Of a stretch of DNA of 64,000 nt, positions 29,823-40,633 are shown in pieces (the stretch's first letter is position 1; every line of letters begins with the position of its first letter). The DNA is taken from NCBI GenBank assembly GCA_017513085.1, contig JAFWDK010000012.1, forward strand, positions 8,310-72,309, in the 5' to 3' direction. This stretch comes from Clostridiales bacterium (GTDB lineage: Bacteria; Bacillota; Clostridia; Saccharofermentanales; Saccharofermentanaceae). The notes beneath the pieces were generated by a model. The model did not search any database, was not told the DNA's origin, and was given only the letters and a program-made list of their open reading frames with translations. Both the position numbers and the translations under genes were made by a program.

Positions 29823-31019
29823 ATGCGGATCGATTCAGTGGAGCGTGGCGCCGTGTGGGGCGCGGCAGTCGTGGGGATCATTGCGCAAAGCGTGATCCTG
29901 GCGGTTTTCTGTCCGCTTCTCGTCGGAGTCTTCTATTTTTCTGTGGCGATGCTCACATTAAATCTCTCTTTCTTTCTGGAAAAAACACCGGCGAATGTCT
30001 TTCGAGCGTTGCTGGTCATTTGTGCTTTGGCAGCAGTAGTTTTGAGCGGTAAATGGTATATGGGGGCGATCGGACTATTGCTGATTTCTGCAGCCGTGAG
30101 ATTGAAACCGGGGCTGAGAAGAATCTTGGGTGGTATCCTTTGCCTGACTGCGCTTGGCTGTTTCCTTTTCCGTGAAATGCCGGATGTTATCCGGGTTTTG
30201 GTGGTTTTCGGGGTGCTCCTTGCTTCCTATATCCTATGGGAATCTCTAGAGATGATCGTATATCGTCTGGAAACTATGAACCAGAGGCTGGATCGGGCGT
30301 TGACAGCGGCCGCGCTGGATGCGATGGAGCAGAGGAGTCTTCGTGAGCAGATCGCGAAGGATCAAAACGTGAATGAGCATAATGCGCGTCTTCAGGAGCG
30401 TGAACGGATCTCGAGAGATATCCATAATATGGTCGGGCATACGCTTTCTGCGGCGACGGTGACGCTGGATGCGGCTTCGATGCTGGTGCCGAGTGATCAG
30501 ACGCGGGCCAAGGAGAAGATCGATGTGGCCAATTCTCGTGTGCATGAGGCGATCTCGTCGGTGAGAAGTGTTGTGCGGACGTTGGATGCGGATGATGACA
30601 AGGTCGTGCTGACGGACTATATGAAATCGCTTCAGGTCATGGTCTCTGAGTTCATGATGGATACCGAGATCAAGGTATATCACAATTTTGCCCAGATCGA
30701 TCAGGAGGCGCGGATCCCGTTGTCGGTCGCATCGTTCCTGAGCAGTTCGCTTTCGGAGCTTCTGACCAATGGTGTCAAGCACGGCGGTGCGAAGATCTTC
30801 GTGGTGACTTTCCTTTATGATGTGAAAAATGTGCGGCTTACGGTGCAGGATAATGGCACCGGATGGGGCGTGTTGACGGCAAGTGAGAAGAAGATGAAGC
30901 TCGCTAACGGGTTTGGTCTTCGGAAGATGATCGAATATGCGGAGAAAAAAGGCGGTTCCTGCGTGATCGAGAGCGAAGACGGTTTCGCGGTGAGACTTCA
31001 GATGCCTTTGGAGGAGTAG
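29823..31019 (+). CDS. Membrane sensor histidine kinase (HisKA_3, DesK/NarX-like)
   Basis: Multiple TM segments; 'ERERISRDIHNMVGH', 'ELLTNGVKH', 'DNGTG', 'GFGL'. Confidence 0.92.
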   Translation: MRIDSVERGAVWGAAVVGIIAQSVILAVFCPLLVGVFYFSVAMLTLNLSFFLEKTPANVFRALLVICALAAVVLSGKWYMGAIGLLLISAAVRLKPGLRRILGGILCLTALGCFLFREMPDVIRVLVVFGVLLASYILWESLEMIVYRLETMNQRLDRALTAAALDAMEQRSLREQIAKDQNVNEHNARLQERERISRDIHNMVGHTLSAATVTLDAASMLVPSDQTRAKEKIDVANSRVHEAISSVRSVVRTLDADDDKVVLTDYMKSLQVMVSEFMMDTEIKVYHNFAQIDQEARIPLSVASFLSSSLSELLTNGVKHGGAKIFVVTFLYDVKNVRLTVQDNGTGWGVLTASEKKMKLANGFGLRKMIEYAEKKGGSCVIESEDGFAVRLQMPLEE

Positions 31020-31021
31020 GT

Positions 31022-31705
31022 ATGGCGAAGATATTGTTAGTTGACGATGAGCCTTTGTTGCTCGAAAGTCTGGAGATCATCCTGACGATGTCCGGGGACT
31101 ATGAGGTCTGCGGAAAAGCAGGAAACGGTGTGGAGGCGTTGAAACTTCTCTCCGAGACCGTGCCGGATGTGATGCTGGTCGATCTGAACATGCCCGGAAT
31201 GGGTGGGATCGAGCTGATCCCGAAGGTGCATGCGGATCATCCGAACGTGAAGATCATTGTCCTTACGACTTTCTACGATGAGAAGAACATCGCTAATGCG
31301 ATTGCAGGCGGTGCGACGGGATATCTTTTGAAGGATTCCGGAAAAGATGCGATCCTAAATGCTGTTGCGCAGGCCATCAAGGGACAGAGCGTGCTGGATC
31401 TGAAGGTGATGCAGAAGCTTAACGCGATGCTGGCGTCCGGTGCGGAGGCTTCCAGGACGGCGTCGTCTTCGGGCGGGTCTTCGTCGCGGGCTGATTCTTC
31501 CGGATCGCTGGATTCGTATGGCTTGACGGAGAGAGAAAAGGAGATATGCAAACTGATCTGCGAAGGATGTACAAATGCGCAGATCGCTTCGATCCTTTAT
31601 ATCAGCGAGGGCACGGTTAAGAACTATGTATCGACGATCTACGATAAGTTTGGTGAGCATGACCGGACGAAACTGGTCGTGAAACTACGGGATTTTACCT
31701 TCTGA
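31022..31705 (+). CDS. NarL/LuxR-family response regulator
   Basis: REC 'LVDDE..DLNMPGMGG'; HTH 'LTERE..NAQIA..LYISEGTVKNYVS'. Confidence 0.95.
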   Translation: MAKILLVDDEPLLLESLEIILTMSGDYEVCGKAGNGVEALKLLSETVPDVMLVDLNMPGMGGIELIPKVHADHPNVKIIVLTTFYDEKNIANAIAGGATGYLLKDSGKDAILNAVAQAIKGQSVLDLKVMQKLNAMLASGAEASRTASSSGGSSSRADSSGSLDSYGLTEREKEICKLICEGCTNAQIASILYISEGTVKNYVSTIYDKFGEHDRTKLVVKLRDFTF

Positions 31706-31717
31706 TTATATTGACAC

Positions 31718-31765
31718 ATGACCGCAGTCATACCGCGGTCATTTTTATTTCATGACTTCGGTCAC
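31718..31765 (+). promoter_or_regulatory. Paired TGAC-N4-GTCA palindromes (putative response-regulator boxes) overlapping a terminator-like hairpin
   Basis: ATGACCGCAGTCAT (31718) and ATGACTTCGGTCAC (31752) upstream of the ABC operon. Confidence 0.55.
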
Positions 31766-31876
31766 TGTTTCGCTTCCCTTAAGTTTTGTAAAGTGTTACC
31801 AGAAACACAAAAACACGGGTCTTGCGCCGCCCTGGCGCTTATCGCGTGGAAAAACTTGAAGGGGTGATTAAAAGCC

Positions 31877-33019
31877 ATGCACAATACTAAATCGAGGCTT
31901 TCGCCGTGGCCGTATCTTCGAAATAACCGGGTGCGATCGACCGCTCTGGTGATCAGCCTTGCCATGTTTATGGTGATGATCTATGTGATGAACTACATCA
32001 TCGGCGGCACAAATGAGCCTTTCCGGAAATGCGATGTGGAAACGATGGATAGGCTTCGTATAGTTTCATCCAGAATGAATCTGGATAATATGGATTTTGA
32101 TTCCGATGAAGCATTTCTTGCCGAAGCTTGGAAGGAAGCTGCTGATTTGGGAAAGGAAATGGAGAAAGAAGAAGACGTTGTGAGAGCAGTTCCTTATGCT
32201 GCGCAATATGTTTCGCTGAATTCTTTTATCGGACAGTATGGAGTGGATTGCTATTTGTTTCAGGAGGCTTCATGTTGTGAGATGTATCTTTCCCATATGG
32301 AGGCAAAGCTTATTTCCGGAAGAATGCCTGAGAATCCAGGAGAAATCGTGGTGGACCGGAAACTTTTGGATAACCATAAAAACGATAACGATCTCCTGAA
32401 AAGCATGGGAACTTCTTATAAAGTCGTGGGAGAGGTCTCTTCGGAATATTATCTTTGCTTTGGCATTGCCATGCCCGGGGAAAACAATGTTGTGATCCTT
32501 GCGATGGTCAAGCCCGGCAGTGATATCGATCTGCGACCGGTCGTTGAGAAGCAAGGCTATAAGGTTAGAAACTATGTCGATACGGCCGTGGCGGAGAAAA
32601 ATCTTGTGGAAGGCATGGGCGGATCTCTGGATACGGTGCAGACGATCTTTACCGGAGTTTCCGGAGGACTTCTTCTTATCTGTGTATCGGTAGTCGTTGC
32701 GATCCATATCATGGACCGGCACAACGAATGGTGCCTGCTGAACTCTATCGGCTTCAGCACCTCCGAGATCTATCTGATGGCGCTCAAAGAACTTCTGATC
32801 TGTGTTCTTCTGGCGATGATCGTCGGTACGGTCCTTTCTTTCGGATCTTGCATCCTGATGGAAAAACTCATGTATAACCCGATCGGCATTACGATCAATA
32901 TATACCGTATTGGAGCGATCCCGAGGATCCTGGCGGTTATTGCCCTTCTTCTGGGTATTGCCCAGATCCCGTTATTCAGTGGTATGAGAAAGATTCAGAC
33001 GATCGATGCGATCGAATAA
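31877..33019 (+). CDS. ABC transporter permease (FtsX/MacB family)
   Basis: N-terminal TM, 'GRMPENPGEIVV', C-terminal 'DRHNEWCLLNSIGFS' plus 3 TM. Confidence 0.88.
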   Translation: MHNTKSRLSPWPYLRNNRVRSTALVISLAMFMVMIYVMNYIIGGTNEPFRKCDVETMDRLRIVSSRMNLDNMDFDSDEAFLAEAWKEAADLGKEMEKEEDVVRAVPYAAQYVSLNSFIGQYGVDCYLFQEASCCEMYLSHMEAKLISGRMPENPGEIVVDRKLLDNHKNDNDLLKSMGTSYKVVGEVSSEYYLCFGIAMPGENNVVILAMVKPGSDIDLRPVVEKQGYKVRNYVDTAVAEKNLVEGMGGSLDTVQTIFTGVSGGLLLICVSVVVAIHIMDRHNEWCLLNSIGFSTSEIYLMALKELLICVLLAMIVGTVLSFGSCILMEKLMYNPIGITINIYRIGAIPRILAVIALLLGIAQIPLFSGMRKIQTIDAIE

Positions 33020-33036
33020 GTTTAGGAGAAATTACT

Positions 33037-33711
33037 ATGTTTACATTAAAAGATGCAACCATGATCTACGATATGGATAAAGAAGAAAAGGTGTATGCGA
33101 TGAAGAGCATTAATGCTACATTCCCGGATACAGGACTTGTCGGTATCATCGGCCCTTCCGGTTCAGGAAAGTCCACGCTTATGTATACGATGTCCACGCT
33201 GAAAAAACTGACGTCTGGTGATGTTTCCTATAACGGAAAATCTCTTTCGTCCATCAGTGATTCGGAGAAGCAGAACCTGCGACGCAATGAGTTCGGTTTC
33301 GTGTTCCAGCGCCACTATCTTATCAATTACATGACGGCGCTGGATAATGCGATCGTGGCGGCCAATATCCCGGTTTCGGAAGCGAAGGAAAAGGCCGAAA
33401 AACTTCTCCTGGAAATCGGATTGAAGAAGAGTGAACTGAAGCATAAGCCATCCAAGCTTTCCGGCGGACAAAGACAAAGAGTTGCCATTGCAAGAGCCAT
33501 GATGAACGATCCGAAAGTGCTTTTCGCGGATGAGCCGACGGCATCTCTGGATCACGAGAATGCTTTCATGGTTATGGAACGGCTGAAGGAATATGCCAAG
33601 GACAGACTTGTTGTGGTGATCACGCACGATACCAGCATTATTTCGGATGCGGACATGACGATCAAGATCTGGGATGGGAAGATCGCTGACGTGGAGACGA
33701 AGGGAGTGTAA
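33037..33711 (+). CDS. ABC transporter ATP-binding protein (LolD/MacB-like)
   Basis: GPSGSGKST, LSGGQRQR, ADEPT, ITHD. Confidence 0.95.
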   Translation: MFTLKDATMIYDMDKEEKVYAMKSINATFPDTGLVGIIGPSGSGKSTLMYTMSTLKKLTSGDVSYNGKSLSSISDSEKQNLRRNEFGFVFQRHYLINYMTALDNAIVAANIPVSEAKEKAEKLLLEIGLKKSELKHKPSKLSGGQRQRVAIARAMMNDPKVLFADEPTASLDHENAFMVMERLKEYAKDRLVVVITHDTSIISDADMTIKIWDGKIADVETKGV

Positions 33712-33713
33712 GC

Positions 33714-34811
33714 ATGAGACCTTTTTCTGCATTTACGTATTTTCGGAATAACCGTCTGCGCGTGCTGGTGCTGATCCTGATGATGTCTTTTATCACGGTT
33801 TGTTTTATCGGTGGCATGTATGTGGATAATCCGGGCGAGATCTTCCGTATCACGCTTGAGGGGGAGAACCGTTTTCTGGTGCTGGATACGCGTGGTACCA
33901 GTAACGATTCGATCGACCAATACAGGGAGCTTCAGGGAAAACTGTCTTCTTACTTGCCGGAAGATATTTCTACGATCATCTATTTGAACCGTTACTATGA
34001 GGATTTTGACAGTATCATGGGGTTTAACTGTACGACCGATCATTATATTTTCCAGTCTGCAGAGGATTTTGAACTGTTTAAAACAAGGACCGGTCTTGTC
34101 CCGGAAGATGTCCATCTGAAAAACGGAGAGACGGTCATGAGCGAGCAGCTGGCCAATAACCAGGGTGTTCATGTTGGGGAGAATCTCCCGAAAAGGAAGG
34201 GACTTACACTTGTGGCGACAATGAAAGTTCCGGGAATGCGAGCCTATTCTGTTTATGATATGAGTGGTACGAACGCCATGATGATCGTCGGAAATGACGC
34301 GAACTTTACCGTCGAGAGGAGCCGGGAGTTTGCCGATGCAGCCAAAAAGATCGAATCGGACTATCCTTTGGTTTGGACGCAGACGTATAGCACGGACCTG
34401 GAAGAAACCGAGTTTGAGCTGTCATTTATGTACTATATTTTCTTCGCGATCGTTATCGTCGTCGTGATCGTTCTGCTGGTTACGATCAACGCTGCATTTA
34501 CTGCTGCTTATGACAAGAGAAAACATGAGTTTGCCATCTACAAAGCTCTTGGTTTTACTAAATTCCAGATCTTCCGGAAGATTGCTTCCGAGGTCCTTCT
34601 GATGAACCTTTTTGCCATTGTCATCGGCGCATGCATCAACGCTGGTCTGGTCTTGGTTTTAAATCAAGTGCTCTGGAGTTCAGGACAGTATTTTCCGCGT
34701 GTCTCTAAACTTGCTTTGATCGGTACCGTGCTTGCCGAGATGTTGATCGTGGTGACCATCATTTTCCTGAACTGGAAGAAGGTCAGAAAGTGTGAAGTGA
34801 CGGAAGATTGA
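33714..34811 (+). CDS. ABC transporter permease (FtsX family)
   Basis: 'KRKHEFAIYKALGF' FtsX motif and TM pattern. Confidence 0.88.
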   Translation: MRPFSAFTYFRNNRLRVLVLILMMSFITVCFIGGMYVDNPGEIFRITLEGENRFLVLDTRGTSNDSIDQYRELQGKLSSYLPEDISTIIYLNRYYEDFDSIMGFNCTTDHYIFQSAEDFELFKTRTGLVPEDVHLKNGETVMSEQLANNQGVHVGENLPKRKGLTLVATMKVPGMRAYSVYDMSGTNAMMIVGNDANFTVERSREFADAAKKIESDYPLVWTQTYSTDLEETEFELSFMYYIFFAIVIVVVIVLLVTINAAFTAAYDKRKHEFAIYKALGFTKFQIFRKIASEVLLMNLFAIVIGACINAGLVLVLNQVLWSSGQYFPRVSKLALIGTVLAEMLIVVTIIFLNWKKVRKCEVTED

Positions 34812-34838
34812 AGCGGATGGTTGGAATTGGAGAAAGTT

Positions 34839-34882
34839 GGAGAAAGTCGCATTCCTCATTTTTCTCGATTGCGACTTTCTCC
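34839..34882 (+). terminator. Hairpin after the ABC operon
   Basis: GGAGAAAGTCGCA...TGCGACTTTCTCC perfect 13-bp inverted repeat; no clear U-tract. Confidence 0.45.
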
Positions 34883-34981
34883 CGCGCTTGAATGGAAAGT
34901 CGGATCAATGCTCCGCGCTTTTTCTGGTAGAATGTGTACATAAGGATTACACATCTTTCGTTTATACTGAAAACAGAAACG

Positions 34982-36619
34982 ATGAAGAACAGCGCGGAGG
35001 AGATCGGAAAGTTGAAGCAGCACTATACCCGAATGACGATAGTGATATGTGTGTTGATCCTTGTAGCGGTCCTGCTGGGTGGACTGTTCTTTTCTTATGC
35101 GAAAGTGAGTGCGATCAATGACGAGTATTTCGATTCATTAAGCGATCTTCATGAGACATTCGGCAGTAAATTTCAGAATGATTATTCCTCATATACTGAA
35201 GAAATCTGCAATGCGTGTATCAATTGGCGGTACTTCACCATGCTCCGTGAAGAAGATGTCGGCTATTCAGGTTCTTTTGAATGGGAAGACTTGGTGACAA
35301 AAGAGATCCGCACGATCAAGTCGCAGGATTTTGTGAGGGTATATTATCTGCTTTCTGACGAACTTCGGGAGACAGAACAGAACCGCATCCTTCTGATCGA
35401 TGAAAGCTTCGGGTATGGTAAGGTCCCTATGATGCTTGACTTTTCGGTCAATGCCAAGTGTGATGCGGTCTTTCTTTATGACGGCTTTATCACCTATAAG
35501 CTTCGTTCCGGAGAGGAAACGAATACTTACTTTTTCGGAAAACCTAAACAGCTGGCCACGGTTCTGGAATATGAGGATACGGATTGGACTTCTTCAAAAG
35601 AACTCTACGGGGATTACTATTCGATGGCGAACAGTGCGTCTCAGGCGAGGCTGAATGAGGAAGCTTCGGAAATGTATACGAAGGTGATGGAGCAATACGA
35701 GAACGGCAAAGGCCTGAAGCTTTCGGAAAAAGGCTTTTGGACATCTTTCTGCATTTTTTCGGCGAGGACTTCGGGAAGAACGCCGGCGATGAGTTCCTGG
35801 GATACTTTTGTGTTTCATCCGATGAGGATCGTGTTCTTCCGATATATCCATGTGTATCTTCTGGCGCTTGTTGTTCTGCTGTTTATTCAGGGATCGGTCA
35901 TCTTTGTGATGAGGAAAATGTATGTCAACCGGAGAAACTTCGAGGCGAGAAGCCGGAAACTGGCTAGGAGTGTGGCGCATGAGCTGAAAACTCCGCTTGC
36001 AGTGACGAAGGCGTATGTGGAAAATTGGGAATATATTGATGAGAACGATCGGCCGGAGGTGGCCGAGAAGATCAATTCGGAAGTGGATCATATGACGAAG
36101 ATGGTCAATAACCTGCTGAAACTCTCGAAAATGGACTCCGGAGATGTGCAGATCAATGCGGAAGAAGTGGAACTTCTCTCGTTGACGAAGTCGGTCTATA
36201 AGAGAATGGAGCCGCTTGTTCTGGAACGGGAGCTGGAGGTTTCTTGGAAGACCGATGAAGAGAACGGTGAATACTGTGTTTCGGCTGATCTGGAGATGAT
36301 CCGCATGGTGATCGGAAACTTCTTATCCAATGCGTTGAAGTTTGCAAAGAAGAATGTTGTGATCTCGTTTGAGAAGAACGGAAAGAATGTGCGCTTCTCA
36401 ATCAGAAATGACGGGACGACGATCGATCCGAAAGACAGTAAGAAAATATGGGATCTTTTCTATAAGACGGATAATGCGCGCACGGAACGGTTGAGCAGCA
36501 GCGGCGTGGGACTTGCGGCCAATAAGAGTATCCTGGAACTGCATAAGGCCGGATATGGTGTGAAGTGCGGCAAAGAAGAGACGGAATTCTGGTTTGAGAT
36601 GAAGAAGGTGAAGAAATGA
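34982..36619 (+). CDS. Sensor histidine kinase (HisKA + HATPase_c)
   Basis: Two TM segments flank an extracellular domain; 'VAHELKTPL', 'NFLSNALKF', 'GVGLA'. Start codon uncertain. Confidence 0.9.
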   Translation: MKNSAEEIGKLKQHYTRMTIVICVLILVAVLLGGLFFSYAKVSAINDEYFDSLSDLHETFGSKFQNDYSSYTEEICNACINWRYFTMLREEDVGYSGSFEWEDLVTKEIRTIKSQDFVRVYYLLSDELRETEQNRILLIDESFGYGKVPMMLDFSVNAKCDAVFLYDGFITYKLRSGEETNTYFFGKPKQLATVLEYEDTDWTSSKELYGDYYSMANSASQARLNEEASEMYTKVMEQYENGKGLKLSEKGFWTSFCIFSARTSGRTPAMSSWDTFVFHPMRIVFFRYIHVYLLALVVLLFIQGSVIFVMRKMYVNRRNFEARSRKLARSVAHELKTPLAVTKAYVENWEYIDENDRPEVAEKINSEVDHMTKMVNNLLKLSKMDSGDVQINAEEVELLSLTKSVYKRMEPLVLERELEVSWKTDEENGEYCVSADLEMIRMVIGNFLSNALKFAKKNVVISFEKNGKNVRFSIRNDGTTIDPKDSKKIWDLFYKTDNARTERLSSSGVGLAANKSILELHKAGYGVKCGKEETEFWFEMKKVKK

Positions 36620-37305
36620 CACAGGACAAGCAGTATAGAGTGCTTCTGGCTGAGGATGATGTAGCGCTTCGTTCCATTGCGGCGACCGTTTTCAGAAAGA
36701 ACGGATATGAAGTGGACGTGGTCGGGAACGGGGACGATGCCTGTGTGATGGTCGAGAGAAATCAGTATGATGCGATCATATTGGACATCATGATGCCCGG
36801 TAAAGACGGAAAAGAAGTCTGCAAGTATATCCGGAGCCGTTATGACGTGCCGGTGATCTTCCTGACTGCTTTGGGTTCGGAGAACGATATCGTGGCGGGC
36901 TACGAGATCGGTGCGGATGAGTATGTGACCAAGCCGTATTCCACGAAGCTTCTTCTCATGAAGCTCAATGCCCTGATCACGCGTTATCGGGGTCTTCTGG
37001 TGAAGGAAGGGCGGATCGTGGTCGATGAGATCGTGATCGAGCCGGCAAGAAGACAGGTTACCGTAAACGGCAAAAAGATCGAGGTCTCGCCGAAAGAATA
37101 TGATCTGCTGCTTTTCTTCGTGGAGAATAAGGAGCGTATCTTGAGCCGTGAACTGATCCTGGACAAGGTCTGGGGCGACGATTACGAAGGGTATGACCGG
37201 GCGGTCGATACCTATGTCAAAAAACTGCGCGCGACGCTGGGCGATGCAAGTTACCACATCGAGACCGTGATCAAGTGCGGATATATGTGGAAAAACAAAG
37301 CGTAA
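36616..37305 (+). CDS. OmpR-family response regulator
   Basis: 'LDIMMPGKDG', 'GADEYVTKP', 'KEYDLL', 'RAVDTYVKKLR'. Confidence 0.95.
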   Translation: MTQDKQYRVLLAEDDVALRSIAATVFRKNGYEVDVVGNGDDACVMVERNQYDAIILDIMMPGKDGKEVCKYIRSRYDVPVIFLTALGSENDIVAGYEIGADEYVTKPYSTKLLLMKLNALITRYRGLLVKEGRIVVDEIVIEPARRQVTVNGKKIEVSPKEYDLLLFFVENKERILSRELILDKVWGDDYEGYDRAVDTYVKKLRATLGDASYHIETVIKCGYMWKNKA

Positions 37306-37349
37306 CGACAGATGCCGTTACGCCTATACTGCAAGTTTGTGATTTCGGA

Positions 37350-38960
37350 TCATCCCCACAATGCTGTGAGCATCGGGATGATCTGTTTCTTTCTCGACAT
37401 GACGCCCGGAAGGAATACGTGATTGTCTTTCGGCTCGACGTTGAAGGCGAAGCGGATGGTGTCGTCCTCGCCGACGTAGAGGAGCTCGGTGCCTTCCTGC
37501 AAAACATCGGTAAGCATCAGGATCACGAAGTCGTAGCCGCGCTCGGTGCGGAGCGTGTTCATGTGAGCAAGGAATTCGTCCTTTCTGTCGAGCATCTTGA
37601 ACGAGTCGATGCAGATGATCTGCGCCACGCCAAGAGTATGCTCGGCGATATGGAATTCTTTGAAGTCCGCCTTGAAAAGCTCTTCCACCGTTTTGCTCTC
37701 AAATGAGGAGGCGAAGAGGTCGTGCCCGAGTTCGTCGATCGAGACGCCGGCGATCCTTGCCAGGCGTTCGGCCATGGCGATGTCGCGCTGGGTGCAGGTC
37801 GGGGATTTGAACATGACGGTATCGGAAAGGATCGCTGCGCACATGAGGCCGGCCATCTTGACCGAAGGCATGACGCCGTTTTCCTGATAGAGTTCCGTAA
37901 TGATCGTCGTCGTGCTGCCGACAGGTTCGTTACGCATCGCGATCGGCTGGGTCGTCTGGATATCCGCGAGGCGGTGGTGGTCGATGATCCCTAAGATCTC
38001 GGCCTGCTCAAGTCCCGGAACAGCCTGAGCCAATTCGTTATGGTCGACCAGAACGACTCTTTTTCTTCTGGGACGCAGCAAATGGTAACGTGACAGGGTT
38101 CCGACGACTTTTCCGTTCTCGTCTAATACAGGATAGCTTCTGAAACGGCTCTTCAGCACGACTTCACGTACATCGTCGATATAGTCGGTCAGGTGGAAGC
38201 ACTCGATGTCACCGGTAAAGCAGGCTCGTGCGATCGGGATCGCCTGATAGATCAGCTTGGCGACTTTGTTGGCGTCTAAAGGAGTGGAAATGACACAGGT
38301 CGAAGTCGGCTTGGAGAACCAGGACGGATCAACGTCCGTCTGGCAAAGGATCAGGCAGTTAACACCTATCTCGAGGGCGCGCTTGACCATGTCATCCTGA
38401 TTTCCGCAGATGACGATGGAATCTTTCGAACTGAACAGAAGGTTCTCACAGGTCTGCGGAAGGGCAATGGAGATCTCGCCGGAGATGGCGTCCACGGTGA
38501 TATCGTTTTCGTTGACGATCCGTCCTTCGAGTACGCTTAGAAGGTTGAAGAGCGGTACATCGTCGATCCTTGGTTCGTGGATGGTCGACATGTTATAGGA
38601 TGCGATATCGCTGGAGGAGAGTATGCCGTGAAGCGTACCGTCCTCGTTGATGACCGGGATCACGGTGGTCTGTCCGTCGTTCATGGTATTCCACGCAAGC
38701 TCAAGCGTGACGGATGCATTTAACGCCGGAGGAGTATCGAAATCCAGATCTTTGACCTGGGTACGTACGTCGCGCAGACGCATCGGTGTTTCAAAACCGA
38801 ACCTCTGGAGCATTCTCTTGGTCTCGTCACTCAGGTGATCAAGGCGGGCGGCGGTGTAGTCCTGTTCGCCCAGCGCATGCTTCAGTGCCGTATAAGCCAT
38901 CGCCGATACGACGGTATCGGTGTCCGGATTCTTGTGACCAACAACATAGATCTCACTCAT
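37350..38960 (-). CDS. ppaC: Mn-dependent inorganic pyrophosphatase with CBS/DRTGG insert
   Basis: 'GHKNPDTD', 'LVDHNE', 'IIDHH', 'ILSDT..SPT', 'GVMSRKKQ'. Confidence 0.93.
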   Translation of the reverse strand: MSEIYVVGHKNPDTDTVVSAMAYTALKHALGEQDYTAARLDHLSDETKRMLQRFGFETPMRLRDVRTQVKDLDFDTPPALNASVTLELAWNTMNDGQTTVIPVINEDGTLHGILSSSDIASYNMSTIHEPRIDDVPLFNLLSVLEGRIVNENDITVDAISGEISIALPQTCENLLFSSKDSIVICGNQDDMVKRALEIGVNCLILCQTDVDPSWFSKPTSTCVISTPLDANKVAKLIYQAIPIARACFTGDIECFHLTDYIDDVREVVLKSRFRSYPVLDENGKVVGTLSRYHLLRPRRKRVVLVDHNELAQAVPGLEQAEILGIIDHHRLADIQTTQPIAMRNEPVGSTTTIITELYQENGVMPSVKMAGLMCAAILSDTVMFKSPTCTQRDIAMAERLARIAGVSIDELGHDLFASSFESKTVEELFKADFKEFHIAEHTLGVAQIICIDSFKMLDRKDEFLAHMNTLRTERGYDFVILMLTDVLQEGTELLYVGEDDTIRFAFNVEPKDNHVFLPGVMSRKKQIIPMLTALWG

Positions 38961-39050
38961 TGTTTTTCCCTCGCTTGCTATTTCAGATATATAACCGGTC
39001 CGGAAAGCCTGGTAGTGGTATCGGGATCGGTGGCGGAGCACCTCCCGGGA

Positions 39051-40535
39051 TCAGACCTGGAAGACGAATCCGTAGAAGTCGAAGAGGTTTCTTCCTTCCA
39101 TATAGTGACCGCCCCAGCCCTTGTAGCGTCCTTCTACGAGGAAGTAGATCGCGTGCTTGCCGGTAAGTCCTTCAACGGTAGCCGTAACGATGCCGGCGTT
39201 AGAAGAGAAGGAGCAGGAACCGATCTCGTGTCCTTCGTGGGACAGACCGAAACGATCGGTGTATTCCTTGGCGGAGAACTGCTCGAGGACCTTGCCGCTG
39301 AAACCGTACACCTGGGTGGAAGCGGACTCTCTGGCCGCCATCTTATCCTTGGCATTCGGCTCATCCGGGAAGATCGGACGGGCATATTTCCGGAGAGCTT
39401 CTTCCGGCACGCCGTCGGCGAAGATATGGATCGTGCCGCTCATGTAGCAGTTGTCCAGCTTCATGACGCACTTCATCTCGCTTCCGGAGTGGTTGCCGAA
39501 ATCGTAGTATTTGAAACCGAAAACGGAACCGTCGGAGATCTTCGTGATACACTGGTCGAAAGGCGTTCTCTCCGTGATCGTCGCTCCGTTCGTGAGCACG
39601 CAAGCCATCTGCGGATTGATCATCCTGTACGGATTGAGAACATCCTCGAATCCCTGAGAAGTCATCTCCGCCTGGGTAAATGTGCCGTCATCCTTGAGTT
39701 CAAGCTTGTCGACACAGCCGACACGGCTCATGATGGAACCATTTGTCATCTTATGGTAGAAGATGTACCACTGGTCGCCGACTTTGCCGACAGAACCATG
39801 GTCGTTTCCGCCCGGATAGTCGCAACCGGAATCCACGAGTGTACCCTTGAATTCAAAAGGACCCGTCGGGGAGTCGGATACGGCGTAGACCAGCTGGCTG
39901 GTGGGCTCTGCGGAAGAATAGATCATGTAGTACTTGCCGTTGATCTTTCTCGGCGAACAAGCCTCGAAGAAATAGAACGGCGCCGTGTTCGGGATGATGT
40001 CCATCTTAAAAGATCCGTCGATGACTTCGTACATGTTGTCCGGGTTGACCTCGACCATGTAGGAGCGGAGGAAGCCGCAGTAAACATAGACGCGTCCGTC
40101 ATCGTCGACCAGAACGCCCGGATCGATGAAGATACCGCCGTCCGGGTGATTCTCGATGTTGTACTTGTAGCGGGAAATCAGCTTAAAAGGACCTTCCGGC
40201 TTGTCGGCAACGGCTACGCAGCCTGCAGCATTCTGAATATATGCGTAAAGGTAGTATTTCCCGTCCTTTTCCACAACGTCCGGCGCGAAGAGGCGGCCGT
40301 CCGTCCAATCCGTGTCGGAAGGATGTCCGGGAAAATCTCTGGTGGCAAAAGCAATACCGTGGGAAGTCCAGTTGGTCGGGTCGCTGACCGGTGCGGACCA
40401 GACTTTCAGACAGAAATCACAGAATTCATCAGTGTCGGCATTATCATGGGATCCGTAGATGTAGACACGGTCTCCGAAGATACGCGGTTCGCCGTCCGGA
40501 ATATGTTCCCACATGGGTAAATATGGATTTGCCAT
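39051..40535 (-). CDS. Glycoside hydrolase family 43 protein
   Basis: 'NPYLPMWEHIPDGEP..YGSHD', 'FAPD', 'IDPGVLVDDDG', 'FFEA', 'GNDHGS'. Confidence 0.9.
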   Translation of the reverse strand: MANPYLPMWEHIPDGEPRIFGDRVYIYGSHDNADTDEFCDFCLKVWSAPVSDPTNWTSHGIAFATRDFPGHPSDTDWTDGRLFAPDVVEKDGKYYLYAYIQNAAGCVAVADKPEGPFKLISRYKYNIENHPDGGIFIDPGVLVDDDGRVYVYCGFLRSYMVEVNPDNMYEVIDGSFKMDIIPNTAPFYFFEACSPRKINGKYYMIYSSAEPTSQLVYAVSDSPTGPFEFKGTLVDSGCDYPGGNDHGSVGKVGDQWYIFYHKMTNGSIMSRVGCVDKLELKDDGTFTQAEMTSQGFEDVLNPYRMINPQMACVLTNGATITERTPFDQCITKISDGSVFGFKYYDFGNHSGSEMKCVMKLDNCYMSGTIHIFADGVPEEALRKYARPIFPDEPNAKDKMAARESASTQVYGFSGKVLEQFSAKEYTDRFGLSHEGHEIGSCSFSSNAGIVTATVEGLTGKHAIYFLVEGRYKGWGGHYMEGRNLFDFYGFVFQV

Positions 40536-40633
40536 AGAAAAATCTCCTTTATGTTCAGCAAGTTTTTTTCAATTATAGCAAAATCGGAACGATAAATGTA
40601 TAATCAAATAGTTTAGGAAAGGAAGATCCGCTG

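Noticed and set aside
38835-40520. 561-aa plus-strand ORF
   Set aside because: Antisense shadow of the GH43 gene; no recognisable motifs.
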